Origin: an uncultured delta proteobacterium
Lineage (GTDB): Bacteria > Desulfobacterota > Binatia > Binatales > Binataceae
Length of the DNA: 64,000 nt
Reading direction: 5' to 3'
NCBI GenBank assembly: GCA_963833025.1
Contig: CAWHWI010000003.1
Span: forward strand, 281,010-345,009
Part shown: piece by piece, positions 9,379 through 18,039 of the stretch
Layout: each line of letters opens with the position of its first letter
Numbering within the stretch: position 1 is the stretch's first letter
The notes under the pieces: model-generated
Databases searched by the model: none
Told to the model about the DNA's origin: nothing
What the model saw: the letters and a program-made list of their open reading frames with translations, nothing else
Translations under genes and position numbers: made by a program

Positions 9379-9455
9379 CTGGCGCGCCCGGAGGGATTCG
9401 AACCCCCAACCCTCAGATCCGAAGTCTGATGCTCTATCCAGTTGAGCTACGGGCG
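9379..9455 (-). tRNA. tRNA-Arg (anticodon TCG), CCA encoded
   Basis: Read 5'->3' on the minus strand: GCGCCCGTAGCTCAACTGGATAGAGCATCAGACTTCGGATCTGAGGGTTGGGGGTTCGAATCCCTCCGGGCGCGCCA. It has a 7-bp acceptor stem, a T-loop TTCGAAT, and anticodon loop cTTCGga. Confidence 0.85.
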
Positions 9456-9564
9456 CTGGCGTGATCGACATCGAACCCGACGAGTCTAGGCACGCATGCC
9501 GGGGCGTGCAACCAATGCCTCCCCACAGCGTACGGTCTGTTGACTCGCACGTCCGCTCATTCAA

Positions 9565-9581
9565 ATATGTGACTGACTGGT
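9565..9581. promoter_or_regulatory. imperfect palindrome upstream of the TetR gene; candidate operator
   Basis: tgactgactggtcagta (ctgac-tg-gtcag) lies about 10 bp before ORF 9588. Confidence 0.25.
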
Positions 9582-9587
9582 CAGTAT

Positions 9588-10250
9588 ATGAACAGAATAA
9601 ACACAAATCACACTAAAATTCACAACGGTCGCCCCTTTCACGTTCACGACGAGCAAGCCTCCAAGCGCGAGCGCATTCTCGCCGCCGCGCTCAAACTCTT
9701 CGCGCACGAGCCCTACCAGGCCGTCACGATGGACCGCGTGGCTGCCGCCGCCGGGGTCGCCAAAGGGACGCTATATCTCTACTTTCCGTCGAAGGACGCG
9801 CTCTACCTCGGCGTTCTGAGCGACGGTCTCGACACCGCCTATCGCACCTATCAGGCCAGCGCCGACCCCAGGCTGCCGGTGGTCGAGCGGATGCGCCGTT
9901 CGATCGCGGTGATGGTCGAGTTTTACGATCAGCGCCGCGATTTTCTTCAGTTCTACGCGACCGAGGAACCGCGGCTGGGCGAGGCGCGCAATCGCATCAT
10001 CGAGGGCTCGCGCGAGCGCGCCTTCAATTTTTTCGCATCGCTGATCGAAGAGGGAATCCGCGCCGGCGTGTTCGCGCGAGTCGATCCGCGCCTCGCGACC
10101 TTCGCGATTCAGGGCGCGATTCGCTCGCTGCTGCTGTACTACGGCACCGGCCGCCCGGTCTCTGAGCTGAGCCGCGATCTCGGCAACCTGATACTGCGCT
10201 CGCTCGGCGCGGAACCGTCCGATCATTTCAGGCCGGTGCATCAACAATGA
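9588..10250 (+). CDS. TetR/AcrR family transcriptional regulator
   Basis: Has an N-terminal HTH (RERILAAALKLFAHEPYQAVTMDRVAAAAGVAKGTLYLYFPSKDALY). The true start may be downstream of the listed one. Confidence 0.8.
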   Translation: MNRINTNHTKIHNGRPFHVHDEQASKRERILAAALKLFAHEPYQAVTMDRVAAAAGVAKGTLYLYFPSKDALYLGVLSDGLDTAYRTYQASADPRLPVVERMRRSIAVMVEFYDQRRDFLQFYATEEPRLGEARNRIIEGSRERAFNFFASLIEEGIRAGVFARVDPRLATFAIQGAIRSLLLYYGTGRPVSELSRDLGNLILRSLGAEPSDHFRPVHQQ

Positions 10251-11134
10251 TCCGAACCCTGGTTCGGCGCCTCATTCGGCTGGCGATTCTGGCCGGTGTC
10301 GTGCTCGGCTTTTATTTTTTCGGGCGCGCCTACCTGTGGCCGCCCGAGGATCGTTCGACGATCAAAGTCGTCGGCATGATCGAAGCCCCCGAAGTGAATA
10401 TCACCAGCCGCATCGCCGGTCGCATCAAGCAGCTCGATTTGCTCGAGGGCGACCACGTCACGAAAGGACAGGTCGTTTGCCGGATCGAGGATATCGATCT
10501 ACGAAATCAGCTCGCCAAGTCGAAGGCTGACCTCGCTCATTCGGAAGCCGACCTGGCGCAGGCGCGGCGCGACCTCGCGCGCGACAACGAGCTCGCCAAG
10601 GCCAACGCGATTGCGTCCAAGACTCGCGATGATGCCATCACCAGCGTCCAGCAGGACGAGGCCGACGTGCTGAGCGCACAAGCCAACGTGCAGCTCTACG
10701 CCGATCAAATCATCGACACCGAAATCAAGTCGCCGGTCGACGGCGTCATCGTCAGCAAGGCGCTCGAAGTCGGTGAATGGGTTACGCCGGGCGTGCCGGT
10801 TCTGACCGTCGACGACCTCTCGACGATCTGGGCGCGCGTCGACGTCGAAGAAACCGACCTCAACTCGCTCTACATCGGCAAGGCGGCGCAGGTCGAATTG
10901 CCGACCACGCCGCCGCAGATTTTCTCGGGCCGCGTGATGGCTATAGGGCAGGAAGGCCAGTTCGCGACCGAGCGCGACGTGCGGCGCGGCCGCCAGGACA
11001 TCCGCACGTTCTACGTCAAGGTCCAGGTGCTGCAAGCCGAAGGCGAACTCAAACCCGGGATGACCGCGGAAGTCACCTTTCCGAGAACCGATGGAACCCG
11101 AGTCACTAGCAATACAGACCAAAGACCTGACTAA
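10247..11134 (+). CDS. HlyD-family membrane fusion / periplasmic adaptor protein
   Basis: Has an N-terminal TM helix and a coiled-coil segment (AKSKADLAHSEADLAQARRDL). Its start overlaps the TetR stop. It is followed by ABC ATPase and permease genes. Confidence 0.75.
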   Translation: MIRTLVRRLIRLAILAGVVLGFYFFGRAYLWPPEDRSTIKVVGMIEAPEVNITSRIAGRIKQLDLLEGDHVTKGQVVCRIEDIDLRNQLAKSKADLAHSEADLAQARRDLARDNELAKANAIASKTRDDAITSVQQDEADVLSAQANVQLYADQIIDTEIKSPVDGVIVSKALEVGEWVTPGVPVLTVDDLSTIWARVDVEETDLNSLYIGKAAQVELPTTPPQIFSGRVMAIGQEGQFATERDVRRGRQDIRTFYVKVQVLQAEGELKPGMTAEVTFPRTDGTRVTSNTDQRPD

Positions 11135-12098
11135 GCGCTTCGGTACTTTCACCGCGGTCGACAAGGTCAACTTCGAGGTCCGTCGCGGCGAGGTATTCGG
11201 CTTGCTCGGGCCCAACGGCGCCGGCAAGACCACCGTCGTGCGGATGCTCACCACGCTGCTCACGCCGAGCGGCGGCCAGGCGTTCGTCGCGGGCTTCGAC
11301 GTCGCCCGCTACCCGCGCCAGGTCCGCGAAAATATCGGCGTCATCCCCCAGGCGCTCACCTCTGATCTCGATCTCACGGGATGGGAGAACGTCGATATCT
11401 ACGGCGAGTTCTTCGGCCTCTCGCGCCGCGAGCGCCGCGAACGCGGCCATCGCCTGCTCCACATGGTCGGGTTGACCGAGCGCGCCAACGATCTGGTCGC
11501 GACCTATTCGGGCGGGATGCGCCGCCGCCTCGAAATCGCGCGCGGCCTGATTCACTCGCCCGACGTGCTGTTCCTCGACGAGCCGACCATCGGACTCGAC
11601 CCGCAAAGCCGCCGCGCCGTGTGGGACCTGCTCGAGACGCTGCGCAAGGAAAGCGAGATCACCATCTCGCTCACCACCCACTACATGGACGAGGCTGAGT
11701 CGCTGTGCGATCGGATCGCAATCGTCGACGGCGGCAAGATAATCGCGCTCGACACGCCGGTGGGACTCAAATCGATGGTCCCGGGCGCCGACCGGATCGA
11801 TCTCGTCGTCGAAAAAAATCCCGACGCTATCGCCGAGATGCTGCGCCCGATGCCGTACTTGCGCGAGGTGAATCGCGACGGCGGCAACCGCCTCCAGCTC
11901 TCCTCCAACGACGGCGCGCATGCGATTCCCAAAATTCTCGAGGCCATCGACGCCGCCGGCGACCACGTGACGTCGATCACCGTCCAGAAACTCTCGCTCG
12001 AAGACGTCTTCATCCACTTCACCGGGCGCACGCTCCGCGACGAGCCGGCCAAGAAGGTCAGCCTGTTCGTGGGCGCCGGGATGCCGCAGCAGCGCTGA
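11091..12098 (+). CDS. ABC transporter ATP-binding protein
   Basis: Walker A GPNGAGKTT, signature YSGGMRRRLEIA and Walker B LFLDEPT are present. Confidence 0.85.
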   Translation: MEPESLAIQTKDLTKRFGTFTAVDKVNFEVRRGEVFGLLGPNGAGKTTVVRMLTTLLTPSGGQAFVAGFDVARYPRQVRENIGVIPQALTSDLDLTGWENVDIYGEFFGLSRRERRERGHRLLHMVGLTERANDLVATYSGGMRRRLEIARGLIHSPDVLFLDEPTIGLDPQSRRAVWDLLETLRKESEITISLTTHYMDEAESLCDRIAIVDGGKIIALDTPVGLKSMVPGADRIDLVVEKNPDAIAEMLRPMPYLREVNRDGGNRLQLSSNDGAHAIPKILEAIDAAGDHVTSITVQKLSLEDVFIHFTGRTLRDEPAKKVSLFVGAGMPQQR

Positions 12099-12109
12099 GG
12101 AGAGACACG

Positions 12110-13234
12110 ATGTTCGGGCTCAAATTCCTCGCCATCATGCGCCGCGACCTCAAAAAGCTGACGCGCAATCCCATCACGCTGATCTCGGTCATCCTGATGC
12201 CGATCGTTTATCTGGTGATTATCGGCAACTCCTTCCAGGGCCAGCTCAAGCATCTGCCCATCGTCGTCGTCGAGCAGGATCACGGCCTCTTCGCCCGCCG
12301 AATCGTCGAACAGTTGCTGGCGCTGCAGGCGGGGCCGAAAACCGTCGATGTCACCTTCGAGAACGATCCCGGAAATGCCGTCGACGAAGTCCGCAACGGC
12401 CTCTACAAGGGCGTCGTCGTCATTCCGCCCGACTTCAGCCACGACGTCGCCGAAGGCCGCATCGCGCAGATAGGGCTGTTCACCGACAACGTCGACAGCA
12501 TCAGCTCCGAGACGCTCGAAAGCGTGCTCGACTCGGCCGCCGCCACCGTCAGGGTTGCCTTCGTCACCGCGCGCGAGCCCAAGCTCAACGACATCTCGCT
12601 GCGCCCGAGCTGGCTGTTCCCCTACGTGGACTACGATCGCTCGCTCATCCCCGGCGTCATCGTGATGGCCATCTTCATGGGCTCGCTGATGTCCGGCGTG
12701 TTCAACTGGGTGATGGACAAATTCATGGGCGTCACGGAATGCTACCTGGTGACTCCGCTCTCGCGATGGGACATCGCCGGCGGCATCCTCGCCAGCGGCG
12801 TAACGGTAACCAGCGTCGGCGGCATACTGGTCTTGTTCCTGGGCCTGATGATCACGCGCGGCCGAATCCTCGGCGGACCCGTGGCGCTATTGATGCTGAT
12901 TGGAATAATCGTCATCAGCGCGACCGGTCTGCTAGCGATGACCTTCTCGATGCTAGGCCGCGCGGGCCATCCGCGCCTGGTCGGGACGTTCTCGGGATTT
13001 CTGAACGTGATCCTGTTCTTCCCCAGCGGCGCGATTTACCCGGTCGAAAGTTTCCCACCATGGCTAAGAGCCTTCGCGCACTTCAATCCCGAAACTCATT
13101 CGGTAAGCGCGATAAAACAGATCCTCTTCAAAGGCGCAGACTTCACAGCAGTAAGCGGCGACATAGCATTCCTGCTGGTCTTCATGGTCCTGATGCTGAT
13201 ACTAGCCAGCGTATCCTTCAAACGCACCCTGTAA
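12110..13234 (+). CDS. ABC-2 family transporter permease
   Basis: The ATG at 12110 is preceded by GAGGAGAG. The listed ORF 11705..13234 has an Arg-rich N-terminal extension that overlaps the ATPase gene and is read-through. About six TM segments are present. Confidence 0.75.
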   Translation: MFGLKFLAIMRRDLKKLTRNPITLISVILMPIVYLVIIGNSFQGQLKHLPIVVVEQDHGLFARRIVEQLLALQAGPKTVDVTFENDPGNAVDEVRNGLYKGVVVIPPDFSHDVAEGRIAQIGLFTDNVDSISSETLESVLDSAAATVRVAFVTAREPKLNDISLRPSWLFPYVDYDRSLIPGVIVMAIFMGSLMSGVFNWVMDKFMGVTECYLVTPLSRWDIAGGILASGVTVTSVGGILVLFLGLMITRGRILGGPVALLMLIGIIVISATGLLAMTFSMLGRAGHPRLVGTFSGFLNVILFFPSGAIYPVESFPPWLRAFAHFNPETHSVSAIKQILFKGADFTAVSGDIAFLLVFMVLMLILASVSFKRTL

Positions 13235-13273
13235 GTCTTTGACGTTGCCGCGGATGCGTAGACATTCGCCTTC

Positions 13274-13434
13274 CCCCTTTCCAAAATGGAAAAGGGGCCA
13301 GGAGGATAGGACGCAACGATCCTCATAACTCTTCCCGTTCTCCTACCCGCAACGAGAAGGGGTTAGGGTTAGGGATTAAGGGTTAAGGGTTAGGGTTTAG
13401 GGTTACGGTTTAGGGTTAGGATTCAGGGTTTAGG
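13274..13434. repeat. intergenic element: perfect hairpin followed by a degenerate (GGGTTA)n telomere-like tract
   Basis: The hairpin is cccctttcca-aaa-tggaaaagggg (13274-13297). It is followed by gggttagggttagggattaagggttaagggttagggtttagggttacggtttagggttagg (13358-13434). It lies between convergent genes. Confidence 0.7.
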
Positions 13435-13625
13435 TCATCCCGCATCATTGGCGATTCCCGCCGCGCCGCAGTTCTTCCCCTCTCCCGAAGGGAGAGGATC
13501 GAAGGTGAGGGACCTTATTCAGCGCGAGTTCCGCGCGCGATTCAAGATTCTGCATTCCTTCCCTGCCATTCGAGAAACTCACGACGAAAACGAACCAAGC
13601 GACTTAAGTTGGCAGTGGCTTCGGC

Positions 13626-14364
13626 TTACGGTTTCGTTGTTCCGTCCGTAATAGCGGGGAGATTAGCGTCTTGGCCGTCAGCGGGTGTGTCTGCTGTGCT
13701 AGCTTCTGTTGTTGACTCTTGAGTCTTGTCAGTTTGGGCCGCGGCGACCGCGAGTTCTTGAACATATTGCTTTACATCCTCGAGGGCCGCGTTATCGGCC
13801 ATTTGATGTTTGAGTTGGGCACCGATGTAGATGTCTCCTAGTCGACCAATGACATTCGCATTGATAGAAACATAGGAGCCGAGCTGTGGGCCGACAATAA
13901 ACATGTCGGTTCCTTCTCCAACTCCAGGTGCGACTTCGGCGCGTTTCTTTGCTGAGAAAGTGTGATACAGCGCAACTTCGCCTACTTTTGCTCTTGTGTG
14001 TTTAGCGAACATGAGTTGCGAGGCTGCGTGCCAATATCCCACACCAATGGCGGCGAAACCCACGTCTAACATCGTAAAGGATTTCTGTCTGTATCGCGGT
14101 TTCACCCGCCATCATGACCGCAATGGAATTGGTCAAAGTAAGAATCTTCGTTTGAGGTGGCTCGAATTCAATATCACCACTAGTGATCATTCGATCCGAT
14201 GCACCAATCACCGTGTCCTCAGTGCAAATGGTTGCAACGCATACCGTTATGGGAGTACCGCCCCTTAGGACGCCCTTGGTTTCGGTCCCACCATGCGTCC
14301 AGGACGCGGACGATACTCTCTGCCGCGCCTGTGTCAAGTGAAAAATCCTCTCCCTGTTAGGCAA
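13626..14364 (-). pseudogene. proteasome-type / Ntn-hydrolase (Anbu- or HslV-like) gene disrupted by a frameshift
   Basis: ORFs 14002..14364 and 13626..14105 overlap by 104 nt in different frames. The upstream ORF has GG|TPITVCVATICTEDTVIGASDRMITSGD, which resembles a pro-peptide followed by an N-terminal Thr. This region is low-GC. The start codon is TTG at 14364. Confidence 0.5.
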
Positions 14365-14438
14365 GGATCGAACAGCCTGCCCCCGAGAGTGCCGAAGCCT
14401 GAGGGTTCACACCCCCCTGAACTTTTACGCCTTATACT
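14351..14438 (-). repeat. ~88-bp leader element, copy 1: 5' region plus TTG start and first codons of the proteasome-like gene
   Basis: About 80% identical to 15862-15947: tccctg(t/c)taggcaaggatcgaa(c/g)agcctgccc…cacccccctgaacttttacgcctta. Both copies lie immediately 5' of minus-strand genes. Confidence 0.6.
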
Positions 14439-15811
14439 CTGTCAATAACGGCGAGCCCACCTTGCGCGAGTACCTCCCTGCACTTCCTAAGTCCGAGCCA
14501 ACCGATGCCGGCCAACATTGCAAGGAAAGGTACCGCAGGCACGCGGAAACGTGAATGAGCGTCAGGTCCTGCAGCACACCCGAGCATAATCAACGCTATC
14601 GCCAGCGGTATCAGCAAGAGTGCGGTCTCTCTCTTCGACGTCCAATCAAGGCGCAAAAGTGCGCGCGCGACCCCAACCCAGATGAACCCGATCAAGAGCA
14701 ACTGAACGAAAACCAGGGCGGTAAGAGTTGGCGAACGTAGAACTTGCCTGACCCGGACCAGGACCTCCGACGATGGCGGTACCTTCAACGGTCCGCCGTT
14801 CTTCGTCCCAATCAGTTCATTCAATTCGTTCCGCGCGGGTACTATCGCGACGTAAATTAAGCCTTGGCCGATCACGACCGCCGTCGCGATGGGATGCTGA
14901 ACGAATACTTCAAGGCTCTCGCGCAGGATGCCACCCGTTGATAAAGCATGCCTGTCTTTACTTTGGCGGCGCAGGTCGTCTTGTACCTCAAAAAAATCGC
15001 GATGGGTGGCGTAGGAAAGAACTCCAGCGGCATCATAGAAGTACAAAATATGCGCGGAATCAGTGTCGATCGCATTCACGCCTGCAACAGCCCGATTTCT
15101 CGCAGTCCAGGCGAGAATAGCGCTCATTGCGATGGCGAACGCGAGCACCATGGAGACCGATGCGCGGAACGAATTCGTTCGTCTGAACGAAAACAGAAAC
15201 GGAATCGGTGCAAAAAGCGGCAAGAATATGCCCGTCGGCCGAATCATGGCCGCGGCCGCGAGCATGACGGCAGCCGCGATTCCCCGCGCAGTAGCTGTCC
15301 AGGTCCACTCAGCGGCTGTAATCGCCGATAGCTGCAACAGGATAGCGCCGGTTAGCAGGAATTGAAACGTCGCTTCCGACATGATCATCGCGCCGTACAC
15401 GATTGTGGGTATGTCGATGGTTAGTAACGTTTCCGCTAATAGACCAGCCCTAATCCCCCAGCGCCCGCTGACGAACCAACCGAGCCACACGCAGAGAGTT
15501 GCACCGAGAATTGCCTGGACCACAAGAACAGCACGCAGGTTGGGCATCAGCGCAACAAAATACGGATAGCCAGGCGGTCGTGATGCGTTCGGACTTCCGC
15601 AATGGCCATTGACCAATCTCGCAAACCCACATCCGTGCTCAATTCCCTCGGCAAGCGGAATATAGTCCGCCGCATCCCAACCGCTCTGAAACATCAGGTC
15701 ATGCCGGGCGAGCGGCGCCAGCCGTATGAGGAGAGCGGCAATCCCTATCAGAACGAGCCACGCCGCCTGTCCTCTGGTCTTCATTCTCGACTCCCGCATA
15801 TCACGTGGCAC
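14432..15811 (-). CDS. GT39/ArnT/PMT-like membrane glycosyltransferase (GT-C fold)
   Basis: 459 aa polytopic membrane protein. It has an N-terminal periplasmic-loop region (DAADYIPLAEGIEHG) followed by many TM helices. Confidence 0.7.
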   Translation of the reverse strand: MPRDMRESRMKTRGQAAWLVLIGIAALLIRLAPLARHDLMFQSGWDAADYIPLAEGIEHGCGFARLVNGHCGSPNASRPPGYPYFVALMPNLRAVLVVQAILGATLCVWLGWFVSGRWGIRAGLLAETLLTIDIPTIVYGAMIMSEATFQFLLTGAILLQLSAITAAEWTWTATARGIAAAVMLAAAAMIRPTGIFLPLFAPIPFLFSFRRTNSFRASVSMVLAFAIAMSAILAWTARNRAVAGVNAIDTDSAHILYFYDAAGVLSYATHRDFFEVQDDLRRQSKDRHALSTGGILRESLEVFVQHPIATAVVIGQGLIYVAIVPARNELNELIGTKNGGPLKVPPSSEVLVRVRQVLRSPTLTALVFVQLLLIGFIWVGVARALLRLDWTSKRETALLLIPLAIALIMLGCAAGPDAHSRFRVPAVPFLAMLAGIGWLGLRKCREVLAQGGLAVIDRV

Positions 15812-15861
15812 CCCAACGCAATATAGGTTCGCCTTCCCGCTGGCTCGCTTTTCTGTCCCCT

Positions 15862-15947
15862 ATCCCTGCTAGGCAAGGATCGAAGAGCCTGCCCTGAACG
15901 TGTCGAAGGATGAGGTCGCACCCCCCTGAACTTTTACGCCTTACGCT
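15862..15947 (-). repeat. ~88-bp leader element, copy 2, upstream of the GT39 gene
   Basis: See copy 1. Here the conserved TTG-Pro-Ser-Arg-Asp-Arg frame runs 31 codons and ends in a TGA that overlaps the GT39 start region (ATGCGGGAGTCGAGAATGA). Confidence 0.6.
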
Positions 15948-16116
15948 CCGCCGACAATGATGACATAATGTGGACGATGTTCGAGTCTTATCAATCTCCG
16001 CCCCCATCATCGACGGTCACTGCACTCGCCCCGATGTTGCCGATACATCATCGGTCCGCCCTTCGTGCAGGAGATGCTGATTCTGTCCGAAAACGCCCAG
16101 ACCCGAAAATTTCCGC

Positions 16117-16500
16117 TCACCGCGCGAGCGCTTCGACTATGACCCGCCGCAGCATCGCGATCGAAACTGGCTTCAGCAGCGAGATGTTTGCGCCCGCCGC
16201 GTGCGCCGCTTCGTTGAGTTCGGGCGTGTTGTGCCCCGACATCACGATGATCGGCGTGCTCGAGGATTTCGCACGCACATGGCGAATGATCTCGATGCCG
16301 CTGGTATCGGGCAGGCTCAAATCCGTAATCACCAAATCGGGTGATTCGTCGTCGATTATCTGAATTGCTTCTTTCGCGTCGAACGCCGCGACGCATCGAT
16401 GCCCCGAGCGCTCGAGCAGCCGCACGTACGCGTCAACCAGGTCGCGTTCGTCGTCCACGATCAGAATCTTCGCTTGCGCGAGCCTCGGAGCTGAATCCAT
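16117..16500 (-). CDS. single-domain response regulator (CheY-like receiver)
   Basis: 127 aa with the ILIVDDE…DLSLPDTSG…K receiver signature. Confidence 0.8.
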   Translation of the reverse strand: MDSAPRLAQAKILIVDDERDLVDAYVRLLERSGHRCVAAFDAKEAIQIIDDESPDLVITDLSLPDTSGIEIIRHVRAKSSSTPIIVMSGHNTPELNEAAHAAGANISLLKPVSIAMLRRVIVEALAR

Positions 16501-17915
16501 CAGTGCCCCGATTGATTACTGCGCGCCGCGGGGACTTGCGGATTCGCCGCCCTGTCCACTCGCGCAGCAAGCGTCGCGCGCCCCGCGGACGACTCGGCCA
16601 TCGTCGGCAGCGTTATTTTGAAAGTGGCGCCCTGTCCCTTCACCGATTCGACCGCGACACTGCCGCCGTGATCCTGGATGATCCGCTGGCTCAGCCACAG
16701 GCCCAGGCCGGTCCCCTTCGCTTTGGTCGTGAAGAATGGCTGAAACAGTTTCCCGAGCACGTCGCTCTCGATTCCCGATCCGTCGTCCGACACCGATAGC
16801 TGCAGGTGACCGGCACGCCCCGGCGCCGACGCAGTCTCGATTCGGATCAGGTGCGCGCCCGCATCGCGTGCATTGAGTATGAAGTTGATGAGCACCTGCT
16901 CCAGGCCCGTCGGCTCAGCCATCACCGGCGGCAGCGACCTGTCCAGGCTCGTTTCGTATCGGAGCGCGCCGGCCTTGGCCTCCGCACCGACTATCAGCAT
17001 CGCCTCTTCGACCGCCACGTTCATATCCACCGCGATACGCGCGCCCGGGCGCTGACGCGCCAGTGAAAGCATGTTGTGCGAGATGCGGCTGGCGCGTTCG
17101 ATGTTCTTTTGCAGCACCAGCAGGTCGTCGCGCGTCTGGACGCTGAGATCCTGGTCCGACGCCAGCATCAGCTCGATTCGCGAGGCCATCACGGCCAGCG
17201 GATTGTTCAATTCGTGCGCGATTCCGGCCGCCACCGCGGCCAGCGCATCCACCGTTTCGTTGCGGCGCGCCTCGCGTTCCATCGCACGCCGCTCACTGAT
17301 GTCCGTCACGAACGCGATCACCAGTTTGCCGCGATGCGTATGCACTACGTTGAGGCTGATCTCGGCGGGAAACTCACTGCCATCTTTGCGACGGCCCGCA
17401 ATCTCCATCCCACGGCCCATCATGCGGGATTTTGGCGCCGTAAAAAACGCGCTGCGATGCGCCTCGTGACGATAGTGGAAGCGTTGCGGTATCAGGATCT
17501 CGATCGGCTGACCCACCAGTTCCATTTCGTGGTAGCCAAACAGATCCTGCCCGCGCGGATTGAGCTGTCGAATCATCCCGTTGCTGTCCGCCGAGACAAT
17601 TCCCTCGACCGACGACTCGAAGTAGCCGCGCGCACGCACCAGCGCTTCCTCGCGCGCCGCAACCGACAGGCGAATCGTTTTCATGTAGCGCGCCGCCACC
17701 AGGTACAGCAGCAGCGAGTTTACCGCGACGAACATCAGCCGGTTGAGCGAGTACGAATGCGCCGGCATGAGCGATAGCACGCGATCGGATACCGCCACCC
17801 AGAGAAGTCCACCGAGCGCGTAATAAACCGCAATCCGCACGGGCCGGCTGCGCACCAGCGGCACATGATTCAATGCGCCGTGCTCCGTCAGCCTGGGAGA
17901 GTCATTGCGAGCCAT
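16500..17915 (-). CDS. sensor histidine kinase with PAS domain
   Basis: Has N-terminal TM helices, a PAS domain, H-box HELNNPLAV, and an HATPase region (N-box, G-boxes GTGLGL). Confidence 0.8.
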   Translation of the reverse strand: MARNDSPRLTEHGALNHVPLVRSRPVRIAVYYALGGLLWVAVSDRVLSLMPAHSYSLNRLMFVAVNSLLLYLVAARYMKTIRLSVAAREEALVRARGYFESSVEGIVSADSNGMIRQLNPRGQDLFGYHEMELVGQPIEILIPQRFHYRHEAHRSAFFTAPKSRMMGRGMEIAGRRKDGSEFPAEISLNVVHTHRGKLVIAFVTDISERRAMEREARRNETVDALAAVAAGIAHELNNPLAVMASRIELMLASDQDLSVQTRDDLLVLQKNIERASRISHNMLSLARQRPGARIAVDMNVAVEEAMLIVGAEAKAGALRYETSLDRSLPPVMAEPTGLEQVLINFILNARDAGAHLIRIETASAPGRAGHLQLSVSDDGSGIESDVLGKLFQPFFTTKAKGTGLGLWLSQRIIQDHGGSVAVESVKGQGATFKITLPTMAESSAGRATLAARVDRAANPQVPAARSNQSGH

Positions 17916-18039
17916 CAGACCGGTTACTTTAGTCTTCCAGCGAGCGCCAAGGTAGCGGCTATAAGGGCCCGAATGCCCTATAGAACGGCAACCAGCGATC
18001 CAAAGCGATCAGGCGAGCGCCGGCGCGCGCCCGGGCGCG

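Noticed and set aside
11705-12109. N-terminal 135 aa of listed ORF 11705..13234 (Arg-rich, RRRRQDNRARH…)
   Set aside because: It overlaps the ABC ATPase gene in another frame and has Arg-rich high-GC read-through composition. The real permease start is ATG 12110, which has an RBS.
13358-13434. Possible CRISPR array in the GGGTTA tract
   Set aside because: The units are 6-7 nt with no spacers and no cas genes. It is a simple tandem repeat, not CRISPR.
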